A stretch of DNA of 64,000 nt, taken from positions 1 to 64,000 of the forward strand of contig JAVECO010000065.1 of NCBI GenBank assembly GCA_051942205.1, written 5' to 3'. Positions 11,054 through 23,912 of the stretch are shown here, piece after piece. Position 1 is the stretch's first letter. Every line of letters begins with the position of its first letter. The DNA comes from Coniocarpon cinnabarinum. Lineage: Eukaryota. A program made the translations under genes and the position numbers. The notes under the pieces are model-generated. The model searched no databases and was not told where the DNA came from. It saw only the letters and a program-made list of their open reading frames with translations.

Positions 11054-12907
11054 TTAAATCGCCGGCGGAGCTCCACCAAAGCGCTCAGGCCGCTTCTTTG
11101 AACGAAGACTCTTCACGCGCCCGATCAGACCAGTGGGCGCAGTGTCGGCTCTAGTCGGCATACCAAAATCATCATCCTGTGTCCTGACTCTATAGAACTC
11201 ACGGCGAGGAGAGCTTGGAGCACGGGCCCTTCCATTGGGTGAGCTGGCAGTGCGTGGCCGGCCAGCTCCGTCAGCGGGGCTGCCGACAGGAGCCACAGCA
11301 GTCGTGGTACCATCCTTCTTGGATTGAGACGCGTCAGAAAAGAAAGGATTGTGTTCTTGCATGCGGCTCTGACCGCCGGCGCTTTGCGCTCCAAAATACT
11401 CTGGACTGGTGGGATTGGTGGCCCAACGTGTGCCGCCGGGTGTAGTTACGGGAGCTCCATCTCGGTGACCGGGTCGTGGTCGTGACATGCCTCGAATCTT
11501 TTGGGCGATGGATCGTTTTCTACTCAGACCGCCGCCAGCAGCGCCATTAGGATTGAGAGGCTGCTGATCCTCGGACTCGCGACGCAGCTGCTCGGCACGT
11601 TCAACATCTTTGCGAGATGCGACAGTGCCTTCAAAAAACGTCGACGTGCCTAACCCCAAGCTCTCGGAACCATGCACTTGCGCAATATTCTCTTTCGCAT
11701 TGTATTCCTCTGCTCCCTCCTTGGAGCCGGACCGGTTGTGATTGTAAGAGTCATAATTTGCAGTGTCCTGCTGCTTTGTCTCGTTCCAGTCGGAATATCC
11801 CTGCACAGTTCGGCCATGAAACGCGTCGAAATCTAGAGATTTTTTGACAGGGCCAGAACCACCCATAGCATTGTTCAAGGAGTCTTGTGGAAACGCCGAC
11901 ATGGGCCCCGCCCGGCTGCCTTGCTTGTTGCGATGTGGATTGCAAGCATCAAATGGGCCGTCGTGATGAATCATACCTGGTCCATAGAGACCTGTCACGT
12001 CAAGCTGATCGATAATGTCCATACCTTGAGGCTTGCGCTGACGCCGCGAGGAGCGTGACTTCCCGTCTTTGTCTCGCTCACTGCGCTCACGCTCACTACG
12101 CTCAGGTCGCTCACCGCGCTCGGCACGATCTCGCCGTCGACGTTCACGGTCTCTGCGTCGGCGTTCCTCGTCTCTGGCGTCAATCATGGAAGTCTCCGAG
12201 TTGCGCCGTGGACGCGTAGGTCGTCTGTTCTCTGACTTCACTGGACTCTCAAAAATATTCAGAGTCGCCTTTTCCTCTGGCTTCCCGTCACGTCTCTCTT
12301 CTTTTGGCTGAGGCATTCGGCGGTTCATGGTGGGTGGCGCGTGCCGTGACGATCCTCGGGGCGGCAAATTGCCTGTAATTATGGTGGTCAACAAAAAGTA
12401 CAAGCGTGAGTCAGGATCGGACACCTACGTTCCGAACTCGGCTTGTCCTGTAACGAGAGATCAAACAATGTCTCTGTAACGCCGTTCTCCGCCCTCTTGA
12501 CTGGCCGCTCAAATGATATACCATTCGTCGATGTTGCGGGACTCGTTGGTCGCTTAGCGGACATGATTGCTGCACCGGCGTCGGATTTGGATGGATCCAG
12601 AAAGGGATTGTTAGATTTCCGGGTTCCGTCGGGTGTAAGACGGTGAGGGCTCATCGAGGAAGCAGAATGGGGGACAGGCGAAGCATTACGTCGAAAGGGA
12701 TTGTTGGAAGCAAGATTGATGGACAGGCCCGGAGGTTGAGGTCGTCGATCTGTAACAGGAACCTTGTCAGTATGACCAATGGATGACGCGTTGACACTGG
12801 GTTAATTCAATTGACGTAGGACATCCAACGTCAGCCACGGTGACTCGGACGTCATGTATGATGAAGAACGGTAACGCACCTTGCACAGAAGATTGCTGGA
12901 AGGCCAT
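11054..12907 (-). CDS. pal1: Pal1 cell morphology / endocytic site protein
   Basis: IIDQLDVTGLYGPGMIHHDGPFDACNPHRN signature and N-terminal NNPF motifs. Introns near 12879-12750 and ~12428-12373. Start codon inferred. Confidence 0.85.
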
Positions 12908-13846
12908 GGTTTCTGCCAGTCCAGGGTCCCTTGAGTCTAGTCTGGGAGCCAAGGGATGGGCTGAGTGCCTGAAGAGGAATGACAGGGGAGTTTTGGGCAG
13001 TGAAATGTGTGCACGTATGCTGAGGATCTGATTCGACAGGAGAAGCGAGGAATGGAGCTTTCCAATGCAAGTTAAGTGCTGCCCTGGTAATTGATGCAAG
13101 CCGCCAAGGAAGATGAGAGGACTGCAGGGATCGCGCGCGCAGCGGCAGCAGTGGTAGAAGTCGAGTCGAGAGGTGCAATGGAGGAAGAAGGAGCGAGAAG
13201 AGATTGGAAAGGGTCGGGCAGGAGAAGGAGGGTGTGGTGTGTGGTGTGTGGTGGTGGCAGTAGTTGGCGCTTTGCTCTTTGGTGCGGGCGGGGTGCGCGT
13301 ACCGACAACCTCGATTGGTCTTGCCCTGCCAAGGTAATCTGGTGGAAGTTCACGGCCTGCCTATCCGGGCTAGGCTCTCTCACGTGATTATCCCTGTCTC
13401 GCCTGGCCCCTGCAGCAATCTCTGCCACCAGGATGTGGCAATCTCTTCTGCGAAGACAGAGACATGCCTATTTGCTTTGCTTTCCAGAAAACGTCGGCGT
13501 ATGCAGGAATGCTGTCGCCACAGTCAAAGGCACGTGATGGTCGTACAAGCGTCGTTCACCAGACTTTGATCGCAGCCTTTGACCGCAAGGGTCATGGACA
13601 AATGTCGGCACTGAATTCCAGGTTGAGACAGCACGCCTCTAAAGTCAGGAGCATCGAGTCACAAACCAGTGAATATGATGACGAAAGTCTGCAACATCTC
13701 GCATGATGCTGTGTTGGGAACGGCAAGTGCTTTCCTCGGCACGTCCTAAGCGATCAAGTCAAGCTACACGGTTGACGCATCGGTGACCACGACACTTTGC
13801 GCGTGCCGCCATCCACGAGTCGCAAAAGGAATTGCATCCCGCAACC

Positions 13847-14462
13847 TCAATTGCATGTAAAATAGTTGACAGCCACCGGCTGGCCCAAACCCACCTTGTC
13901 CACCACCCCATCAAAATCAAAGCGCATGCGATCTATCCTACTGACGTCCTTTCCTCCCTTCGGAGCCAGCGCAGCGACGTCAACGTCCGGCGACTGCTCA
14001 TACAATAGAAAAACGTATCGGTGCGGGGCGCCGAACGGCGGCGGGCCGGGACTGACGTATTCCAAGGTCGCTGGCTGAGCGGTCGTGAGCTTGTTGCCGT
14101 CACTGGAAGCTTGAAAACCGGGTTGGATCCAGTGGAGGATGGGCGCTAGGAAGTTGAAAGTCGGTGTGAGGGCGTCTGGGTCGAGTGCTATAGCTAGGTA
14201 TGTAGCGGTGGGTGATGGGACTCTGAAAGATAGTTCGGGAGAGGCTTTTGCTTCTGCGGATCGTTGTTAGGATAGCTCATAGGACGTCCATAAAGGAAGA
14301 ACTCAGTTAATACTTTGCTTGAGGTGAGATGAGGCACTTACCGTTTTTAGAGATGTAATCGCCTTGTGAAAGGACTCGTTCGTCTATGCGGAGCCCGAGC
14401 AGTTTCCTTTCATCTTGCTTGATGAGTTCTAAAGCTTGGTTGAGCTTGCTGCTGGAGGGCAT
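13847..14462 (-). CDS. Phosphatidylethanolamine-binding protein (PEBP/Tfs1-like)
   Basis: LDPDA, ILHWIQ and YVSPGPPPFGAPHRYVFLLYEQ motifs. One intron at ~14341-14254. Confidence 0.9.
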
Positions 14463-15058
14463 GTTCAGTATGCTGTGCCTATGCAATAGGTTTGCTGTTC
14501 TGAGCTGCGAGGGAGAAGGAATGACACAGAAACTAAGAAAGAGAGATGACTGAAGGGATGGCGTTTCGGATCCTTCGGATAAAGCCAGAGCACATGCTGA
14601 CGCTCGCTTGATTAGGCCTGCCACATGGTGTTGGCTACCTAGGGTTGTGCCACATGCTTCAGTATTACCTTTTTCATCCTGATGTTGCGGCGTAGTAGTG
14701 CTAGTTACCTTGCAGCGAAAGACAGTCCAATTAATCTTGCAAGCATCGATCTGTCTTGCGATATGGCCATCGCTACCGCTTTCTGGATGAGCCAGATGTT
14801 AATTCAGTCATTAATACGCTATTAGTAGAGGCGTCAAGTGCGTCGAACGTGTACATTTATGTCTCCTTGGTGGCTTGAAGAGTGACTCTGTAAAACCCCT
14901 GAAGTTCCTCAGAGCCTAGAGTCTATTTGACGCAGATGCGAAATCAAGCGAATGTAGTACCATTGCTGTTCCACAGAAGTGTGAACAACGCCGCAAAGCG
15001 CTGACTGCTCATCTATCTCTCTATGACACACTCTCTTCCCTTGGTGCCAGAGCACATC

Positions 15059-16232
15059 TCACGGTTCATGCTCGTCTGTCTTAGTGTCTTTTCCCCACGC
15101 CTCCTGACGCTTTTCGTACTTGCTGCGTCTCTCCTCGATACGGCGTGCATACTCGCTTTCGAGCTCCACAGGGGTGAAGGAGCCGCGTCCACCGTACATG
15201 TGATCAAGGCGCGGAACGACGCCACGTCTACGGGGCTGATAGCCGTGCAGTTGCATATAGTCGAGGTTATCGAGACGAGGATCAACGATGTTTTCGCGCC
15301 AGGTGATGTGCTGGCTGAGTTGTTTTTGAAGGCCCTAGAAGAGCGTCAGTAGACTGATTGGGATGAACATAGAGCCAATGAGTCGGGCGGGGAGGTGTTC
15401 ATTAGTACCAACTACCAGGTGCAAGTGTAGTTTCGACCGAAAAGAAAAGATGAGACGCGTACCTTGAAGCGCGCCAAAATGTCTTCGTGATCATAGCGAA
15501 GGCCTTGAAAAACGTTCATCATGTGACGAAGCTGCTCGTCTGTGATCCGACTCGTTTCGCTAAACTCAAGCACCTTGCCATTTGGATCATCGATGTCCTC
15601 GACTTTAAGTCCCGGGATGTTGTTACTGCCGGGAGGAACAATGGGGCCCGCCGAACGAGCAAGATGTTGGTAAGCTCGCCGAGACATTGGCGCAGACTCC
15701 GCTGCTGTCTGCTCAGTTCGCATTTGAGTCAGCAGCTGAGTTTGGGCAGCAAGTCGCGGTCTAGTAGTTGATTCGCGTACTTCGCGGTAGAGCAGCGGCT
15801 TCAGATCTGCAATCGAAGCTTGGACTCCAGCCATCTCCCTCTCATAACGGCGTTCAAGTGCGTCCATGCGGTCAAGGAGGTGTTTGAGTGTCTCTTGCGA
15901 ATTTAGGACACCTTCACTACCTTCGTCACAATCCTCATAGTCGACGCTTCTTCCAGACTCGAGCGAGCGCGACGACTCCGGTGTCTGGACTTGGCCAGGA
16001 GCGTCCCGCCCTGTAGCATCTGACTGCGACATCGATGCACTCTCGGTTTCCTGGCGGTTTGGATTGTTATGTCCAACCTCTTCCTCGTTTGATGACAAGT
16101 CTGCGAAGAGTCAATCGTTGAGCTCATTTGTTTATTGTGTGTCAAACACGTCATACCAAAGAAATCCTCTGCTAACGGCTTCAAAGGAAAGTGAGCTCTG
16201 CGAGAGTCATCTCTTTTCTCTTGACGAGCCAT
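15059..16232 (-). CDS. Orphan coiled-coil protein, paralog A (exons 16232-16157, 16100-15463, 15334-15059)
   Basis: Canonical splice sites join the ORF pieces in frame. The C-terminal block LRYDHEDILARFK|GLQKQLSQH...PRLDNLD matches the gene at 17508-18571. Confidence 0.8.
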
Positions 16233-17507
16233 CTTGGCTGGTATCGCACAGTCCAAACAAAATATGGATGCGTTCGCAAAGATCGAAAGCGGACCAGGAA
16301 GTAGGAGTAGGTTAGGTCTGTTAGGCAATTTGTCTCAGGTTCGAGGTGTGCAATCGTGGTTACCATGACTACAGTGCCCTCCTATTTCTCGCTCTCCCAC
16401 TTCATCGTTACGAGGGAGACTTGCGCATTGTCATCTTTTCAAACATTACAAAGTCCGCTCTTATTTTCAAGACGATCACAGCCTCTGCTACATTCTTTCT
16501 TGTAGATTAATTAGCTTCACGACCATATATCAGGCGCAGCTGTTGTCTCGTATTAGAGAGTGCGTGTATATGAACTCCGATCGGACACCTCACGATGACC
16601 AATTGTCTTCCAGCTTTCTACATGAAGAAACGTCAACACTTGGCCGTCTTAGATATGTGGAGCCCCCAAATCCACTTCTTCCGTGAGTTCCACTTAACAA
16701 TACCTCGTCATGTGCAGTCTCCAGTCATGTCACGAAAATCACAATCATGGCTGGCCCACTCCAGCTGCAGATTGCATAATGTGAGTTTAGATTTCGTAAA
16801 AATCAAGCAGTTCCAGAAACACTCTCACTAGGTCGTATTTTCCTCATCTATCTCCCTCCTTCAGGCGTTCATTGTCTTCGTAATATTGTTTTTACAACTG
16901 CTTTGTGCATTTGAGTGCAAATGACGGGTCTTGCGCTAGATATGCATAGAGTGAGAGTATAGAGTGGAACAATCACCTGTTGACTCTGGATACATTGGCT
17001 CGCCGTAAATCTAACGTCGATCAGCATCATACGCCTTGCAGGTGGCTACATAAATACCTCAGGTGATGGTCTTTGTCATTGGTCAATGGTTTTCGCTCTT
17101 CCAAGTTCCACACTGGCGACGTTTGCCACAATCAAGTTTGCAATGAGCAATCGGTTCGGATTGCCTCACTGCACCTTTCTCAACGTCTCTGCACGACCAG
17201 GTGACACTTCTCGATACGTTACAGGAAATTTTCACTCTGTGTATCATTGTTTGTTGATGCAGGTGAGTATCAGGTTGCCTCTGCCTCTGCGTATCAGTGC
17301 ACGTACCACCTTGCGTGGATACATAATACTTTCCCTTCCCTTCTTCCTTTCCTTCTCTTCTTCTTCCTCTCTACAAACCCGTCAACTTTCGCTTCGACAA
17401 CTCTCGACAACCACAGCAATTGTTAACCTCCTGCTTGAGCTTTCGAAGTCAACCACACACAACATCCTCACAACATCAACAACCACTGAACCAGCTCGAT
17501 CTCCAAA

Positions 17508-18571
17508 ATGAAGACGGTTCCGGTTGTAAAAGACATGGTCGAGGACTTCATTGGTAAGACAAAACCCCTTCCGTTCTTGCTCAAGCTGCCATGCCGTGCT
17601 CTCGCCCTGCCATGCCATGCTATTGACCAAACCGCCGTGCTGTTGCTCAAGCCGCTCTGCTCGTGTCCAAGCCGCTTTGCAGTCTCAGCAACACTAACTT
17701 CTCTAGAAACTGACGATATCGGCTCGGAGCCAAACGTCAGCACCGCCAGCCATTGGAAGGTATGTAAAATTCCCCGCCATATGTCGGCCATGGCGTCAAT
17801 CTGACAAATGATCATCAGCACCGACGCTCAAGCTCCGCTGAATCATCGAGTTCAGCGTCATCCATCAAAACGGCTCCGGAAGAGCAGGGTGCTCCCGTGG
17901 AGTCCAAGACAATCGCCGCCATTCTTGCACGCGTGGAGCAACTGGAGCAGAATGAGCGAGCCTACCAGCAAGAGCTCGCCTCGGCGAAACAGCGCATCCA
18001 CGACCTTGAGCGCCTGCTCACGTTCGACAAGGGCTTTTCAAGCCCAAAGCAGAGCCAGGGATCGGACGAAGGAGTGCTCGTGAGCGTCGATGCTCTCGCA
18101 GCGAAGGGTGACGAAGCTGCCGTCGACCCACAGAACGGCTTTGACAATGCCGTCACGCTAAACCCACAGGACGACATCAACACTGAGCTCAATGATGCCG
18201 GCGTTAGCCAGGAGGAGTTTGACCAGCTTGCGCAGAAATATGACGATCTGCATGCAGACATGCATGCAGACATGCCTCTCCTGCGCCGTCATCACGACGA
18301 AATATACCGGCGTTTCAAGGGCCTCCAGAGGCAAATCTCACAGCACACCTCCAAGCAAGTTAACAATATCCTTCCGCGCCTCGATAATTTGGACCACCGC
18401 GTGTTCCGCAACCGCCAGCCCATCGCTTGGGGAGGATCCGTTCGTCGCATTGCCCCAAAATTTGGGGGAAATGGAAAGTTCCCACCCGACGACTTCAAAG
18501 CTCAACTCGAGAGGGATGCCCGGGAGCAGGCGTATTTGGCAAATCGTGAAGCTAAACGATCCGGAAATTAA
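17508..18571 (+). CDS. Orphan coiled-coil protein, paralog B (exons 17508-17553, 17707-17759, 17819-18571)
   Basis: GTAAGA..CTAAC..TAG and GTATGT..CTGAC..CAG introns are in frame. Contains LRRHHDEIYRRFKGLQRQISQH...PRLDNLD. Confidence 0.8.
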
Positions 18572-18639
18572 GCGTTCCGCAGGAACGAAGTCATGTGAAT
18601 GAGCCTGGTATAACGTAGAAGATAGAATGAAATTTCTTT

Positions 18640-19700
18640 CGCCATTCTGAACACGAACCACATGGGCCAAATAGAAAGCACTTGCCGTATAATTTTTCAA
18701 GGAATTTTGAGCCACAGGGGGCTTTTGCCATCGTTTCCATAGCCTTTTGACCCCAATTTCCGTCACGGCACAGGCTCGCTACCCGTCACGTCCGAACACG
18801 GACCGTAAGGGCCAAATCGGAAGCACTTTCTTAATGTTTTTCTTGATATCTTGTGAGGCACAGTGAGCTTTCGCCATCGTGTGTATAGCTTTTCTACCCT
18901 AATTTCCGTTGTCGCACAGGCTCCCCACTATTACGTCTAAACATGACCCGCAAGGGCTAAATAGAAAAGCGCTTCTTGTTTGTTATTTCAGCAACTTGTG
19001 AGGCACAGGAGGCTTTCGCTATCGTGTCCTAAGCTATTTGGCCCTAATATCTGTTATCGCATAGGCTCGCCGCCCATCACGTCAAACATGAAACGCAAAG
19101 TCTAACTGCAAAAGCAATTTTCGTGAATCTTTTTAACTGCTTATGCGGTATCTGAGGGCTTCGCCATCGTGTCCATAGCTTTTTGACCTGAATTTTTGTT
19201 CTTAAGCACGCTCGCCGCCATGCCGCCATTACGTCTCCGCAAGGCCTAAATGAAAAAGCACTTACCGCATATCTTTTCAACAACTAATAACGCACAGGAG
19301 GCTTTCGCCATCGTTTCTATAGCTTTTTAGCCCAAAAGTTTGTTATTGTATAGGCTCGCTGCCCAGACTCATATCTGACAACAACTCTTGTCTGTGACCA
19401 TAGCCGCAAAGATTTCGCAGAGCAGGACTTACCGTATAATAAGAAAGGGCTTTTGGCGCTATACTCGCAGCTTTTTAGACCTGAATCGTTCTCATTGTAT
19501 GGGCTTGTCGCATAGCATGTGATGCGGCAACGACCCTTGCCGCAAGAGCCGTGCAGGACAGTACTTGCTGCACTTTATTTCAGCGCCTTATCCCTGATAG
19601 AGGGCTATCGCTATTGTACTCCTCAGTTTGCGACCTGAGATGATCTTATTGTACAGGCTCGTTACAAAGACTCGGATGCAGCGGCCTTTGTATGTGACTT
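18640..19700. repeat. Degenerate tandem array, ~145-bp unit, about 7 copies
   Basis: Core GCTTTCGCCATCGTGTCCATAGCTTTT recurs, with its GCC/GCT at 18727, 18873, 19018, 19163 and 19307, and more weakly at ~19457 and ~19610. GGGCCAAATAGAAAGCACTT and CACAGGCTCGC blocks recur with the same period. Confidence 0.92.
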
Positions 19701-20050
19701 TTGCCGTCTCAAACGCAACGGCCCATAGGTCTAAAGCTTTTCAGAGGCATTGCGAACAGCGCTCAGTCATCATGCACTTGACCCTTGCATTCCGCCATCG
19801 TCAGTCCCAAAAACATCATATTCACGCTCTTCGCTAGCGCCATTGAACCTTCCTGCCTTCTCTCCTTGCTCTGGTGCATGTACCCTGCAAAGTACGAGCT
19901 ACAGGCTACGCTCCCTTGATCTCGCTGTTCAAGCGGACTTGGAGGCTCACGAAACTGTGGAAGAAGAATTGCTTGCGTGTTGTGCGTGATCAAATTGGAA
20001 GATCAGGGTGGAGTGAAGTTGCAAGTTATTGGCGTAAGTCCTCAGCCACA

Positions 20051-20066
20051 TCACGTGAGTCACGTG
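20051..20066. promoter_or_regulatory. Composite motif: two CACGTG E-boxes overlapping a TGAGTCA (Gcn4/CpcA-type) site upstream of gtaA
   Basis: TCACGTGAGTCACGTG, ~320 bp upstream of the ATG. Motif match only. Confidence 0.45.
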
Positions 20067-20383
20067 CCATCTGTACCCCAGATTCTAGTCAGATCGTGTA
20101 CCTGGTGCGCCACACGCCGAATCTCTTGGCGTCTGGTTGCTAGGCCGGCAGCAGTAAGCTCCTTCACTGCTCTGGTCACGCTCGCTGCTGCATACCCCTC
20201 GCCTTGCCGTCCCTTGTCGCATTCTTCCTGTCTGTATTAATCTTTGAGCAATCCGCGCGCTGCTCTCGCCTTGCCGCTCCTTGTGGCACCGTCACCTCCT
20301 CCAGGCTAGCAGGCCAAGTTACTGTATATTTAGATCGATGACCCGGCCGGACTAGCAGTACAGTCTTTCCTTGTGATTCAGCA

Positions 20384-22979
20384 ATGATGTTCGGAATTTC
20401 TCGTTTGCTGTTTGGCCTCGCGAGCCTGAGTATAGCACTCATTACCGTCGAAGCGTCTCATCTCAAGCCTCCTACCTTACCTCTCATCGTCCGAAACCCG
20501 TACCTGAACACCCACCTGCAGGATGCCCGGGACAACCCATGGGAACGATGGCCCATGTTCTGGACTGGTCAATACGTATGAAGAGCTTCCTGGACATACA
20601 GGACCAGTATGGCTGACAAGAACGTCAAGATTGGAATGGGTATGATGGCCTCGGTGCCAGACACGAATACCGTGTTCCCTCTGCTGGGCCGTCCACAAGA
20701 CTTTCTAAACCACGAGGATGATGAGTGAGTCGCAAGCGCGGAGTTGCGTCCCGATCATGCCTGCTGACGGCTTTTGCAGTTACTCAATTTCTTTTCCGCG
20801 CTACCTTGGGGCTCAATATGACGCCTCAACTACAAACCTTACCTACTCGATACCTGGACCAGACGGTCATGAGCCTGTCGAGCTGACTGTTTCCTTCCTG
20901 TCGCCGATTACACCATCTTCCTCCCTCCGGCAGTCGATACCCGCATCCTACATCAACGTGGAGGCGAAAGGCTCTTTCGACGTCGCAGTCTACATGGATG
21001 TGAACGGTGACTTCGTGTCTGGGGACCCGAGCCACCACATTTCGTGGTACCTGCAAACTGTCGAGTTCGACGAGAATGGCGCGTTGTGGACATGGCAAAT
21101 TCAGAGGCGATTTGAAGAGCCATTCGTGGAATACTACGACCGCTCCGAATGGGGCCGCCTACATTTTACCGGGCCTCCCGACGCAAAGTACGAGTGCGGT
21201 GACTCGCATCACGTCCGCCAGGCATTTGCCAAACACAACGGCCTGCGGGACAGGTTTGAGCGCAACTACCGTGGTATTCGCGACAACGAGCCGGCCTTCG
21301 CCTTCTCCAAGACCCTCCACCTGTCTTCTGCTGACTCCAACAAAAGCGAGACCCTTTTCACCATCACGCATATTCAGGACGAGATTGTTCAATTCGCTTC
21401 GGAGCGCGGACTGACGCTCATGCGGCCGCTGTGGAAGTCCTGGTTCAGCAGTGAATGGGCGCTACTCATGTTCCACTACCTCGACTACCATACCGCCGCT
21501 AGACAAGCACGAGCTTACTCTTCGCGCCTTGCTGCTGACGCCTACTCCTCTGGCGGCGCAGAATACGTAGACATTCTGGCCCTTTCCGCACGTCAAGTCA
21601 TGGGCGCAACATCATTTTCGGGCACGCCCGAGAACCCGCTTCTCTTCCTGAAGGAGATCTCCAGCAACGGCAACACGCAGACGGTCGACGTCATCTTCCC
21701 GGCCTTCCCATTCTTCCTGTACACGAACCCACGATGGCTCGCCTACTTGCTGGAGCCGCTATTGGAGCACCAATTGAGCGGCCAGTACCCGAATCAGTAC
21801 AGCATGCATGACTTAGGCGCCCATTTTCCGAACGAAACTGGCCATGCGGACGGACAGGACGAGTACATGCCCGTGGAAGAGTGCGGTGACATGCTCATCA
21901 TGGCACTAGCACTGTCCAACTCCCTGCAGTATGGAGAAGCTAGCGAGGCCGGAAGTCCGTTTGCCGACACTGGCTTCGAAGCGCCTCTTGATCCGCATCT
22001 GCTTGAAACCCGCGATGAGCCTTACAAGGTTGAGAATGGCATTGGTGACACACCGTTCCCACTGCAGATCTCCTCGCTCGTCAAGAACACCACAAACGCC
22101 TTCGGCACAGACGACAATTGGGGCGGTCCCGTCGCCGGCCAACTCAAAGCAAAAGCCTGGCTCGCGCGATCCTACAGCCTCCTCAAACAATGGACCACCT
22201 TCCTCATTGACAACTCGTTGCGTCCCGGAAACCAACTCTCAACGGATGACTTCGCAGGGTGGTTACCGTTGCAAAGCAACCTCGCGCTCAAAGGCATGGT
22301 CGGTATTCGAGCCATGAGCGAAATCGCTGATATCCTGGGTCATGAAGAGGAACGGATGTACTACAGGAATATCTCGGATGTGTATGTGGAGCACTTTATG
22401 CGACCGAACTTTGGCATGAGTCGGGATGGATCGCATGCGAAGCTTGCGTATGATTGGTATGGTAGCTGGACTACGTTGTATTCCCTTTACGCAGACGCTG
22501 TGTTGTGTTTCCACCCACAAACCGACGATGTCTCCACCTCCACTTCCTCCCATTCCTCAAACAATCCCAACGCCCAAATCCCTCTATCTGTCTCTCACGA
22601 CATCTCAAACTCATCCCGTACCAACCTCCTCCCCACAGACCTCTACCTCAATCAATCAGCCTACTACAGTCTAAACCTCCAACGCTACGGCCTCCCGCTT
22701 GAATCCCGTCACCTGTACACCAAATCAGACTGGTTGCACCAAGCCGCCGCAGTAGCGACGTCGTCATTGCGCCAGGAGTTGATTCACAGGCATGCGCGCT
22801 GGATCAATGAGACGTGTACGGATTTGCCATTGAGTGATTTGTTTGATACGGAGGGCCGGGGAGATTTTGGCGAGGGGATCCGATTCATTGCACGGCCGGT
22901 GGTGGGCAGTCACTGGTCACGCCTTGTGCTTGAACGGAGTTGTGGCGGTAAAGGGATGGAGTTTTTGGAGGGACGGTAG
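20384..22979 (+). CDS. gtaA: Secreted glutaminase A (GtaA family)
   Basis: Signal peptide; PLIVRNPYL, FLKEISSNGNTQTVDVIFPA, HDLGAHFPN, EYMPVEECGDML, QLSTDDFAG, YTKSDW, ARPVVG. Introns at 20576-20629 and ~20725-20779. Confidence 0.93.
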
Positions 22980-23439
22980 GCGATCTGAGGGTCAATGAGT
23001 TTGGGGTGAGAAGGGCATGCCGTTGGGAAGAGGGTGCAGCTGATGAGAAGAGGAGTTGAATGTGCGAAGTCGTATTGTATACAGTGGTGTTTGGATTGTT
23101 AGGGTTGGAAAGACTTGTAGAGGGAAAGCAGGAGGACTGGGCGTGGGTGATTGACGCCGGAGATGTGTACACAGGTTTGACCATGGTGCGTCGTGCTGTT
23201 TGAATAGCAATGAACACTTGTGGATACCCCTTCCTCATCTATTGTTTCGCTATGTGCAAAAGCAGCATATCTTGTCCTTTCGGCGCAGTCTTGAGTTCTC
23301 CGCAGCCTCATCATAACACGGAAGAGTGGGGTCCAACGAGAAGAAATGTCATCACTATGTGATCAGCAATGGAGTCAAGTGGGTGTGCGTGGTAGCACGA
23401 AGGAGACGAGGGTATATGGTCAAGAGGGTCTGTACTAGG

Positions 23440-23912
23440 CTTTAAGTCTAACGGAATTGGTCGGCGTTGGGCAGAGACATTAATAAAGACGTTAGGGCGT
23501 AGGTATTTACACGTCTCAGGTGAGATTAGTCTAGGTCTTGGGAAAGAAGCTCTTAAAGAGCACATGACTAGCTGAAGTAGGAGTAAGGGCGGAAGGCATT
23601 TGACATGAAAGTCATGACGACTGCACGATGGTTGAAATTCTTCAGCGTGATGACAGACTAGTGTCGATCGTCATCGGTTTTAGGTCTTACCGGATTGATT
23701 GGCGTTGGGCAGAGGCATTTCCAAAGACGCTATGGCGTAGGTATGTACAGTGCACGTCTCGTGTGAGATGCGTCTGGGTCTTAGGAGACAAGGTATTTGA
23801 TAGACAACTGACTAGCTGAAACAGGAAGAAGGGCGGAAGACATTTGACATGAAAGTCATGACGACTGCACGGTGGCTGAAAGGCTCAGCGAGATGACAGG
23901 TCAGTTCCGATC
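23440..23912. repeat. Intergenic direct tandem duplication, ~240-bp unit x2
   Basis: Near-identical 43-bp core AAGGGCGGAAG(G/A)CATTTGACATGAAAGTCATGACGACTGCACG at 23585-23627 and 23829-23871. The flanks align with more divergence. Confidence 0.9.

Noticed and set aside
18640..19700. CRISPR-like or hammerhead-ribozyme interpretation of the array
   Set aside because: Whole units are homologous (no unique spacers), there are no cas genes, and no CUGAnGA core is visible.
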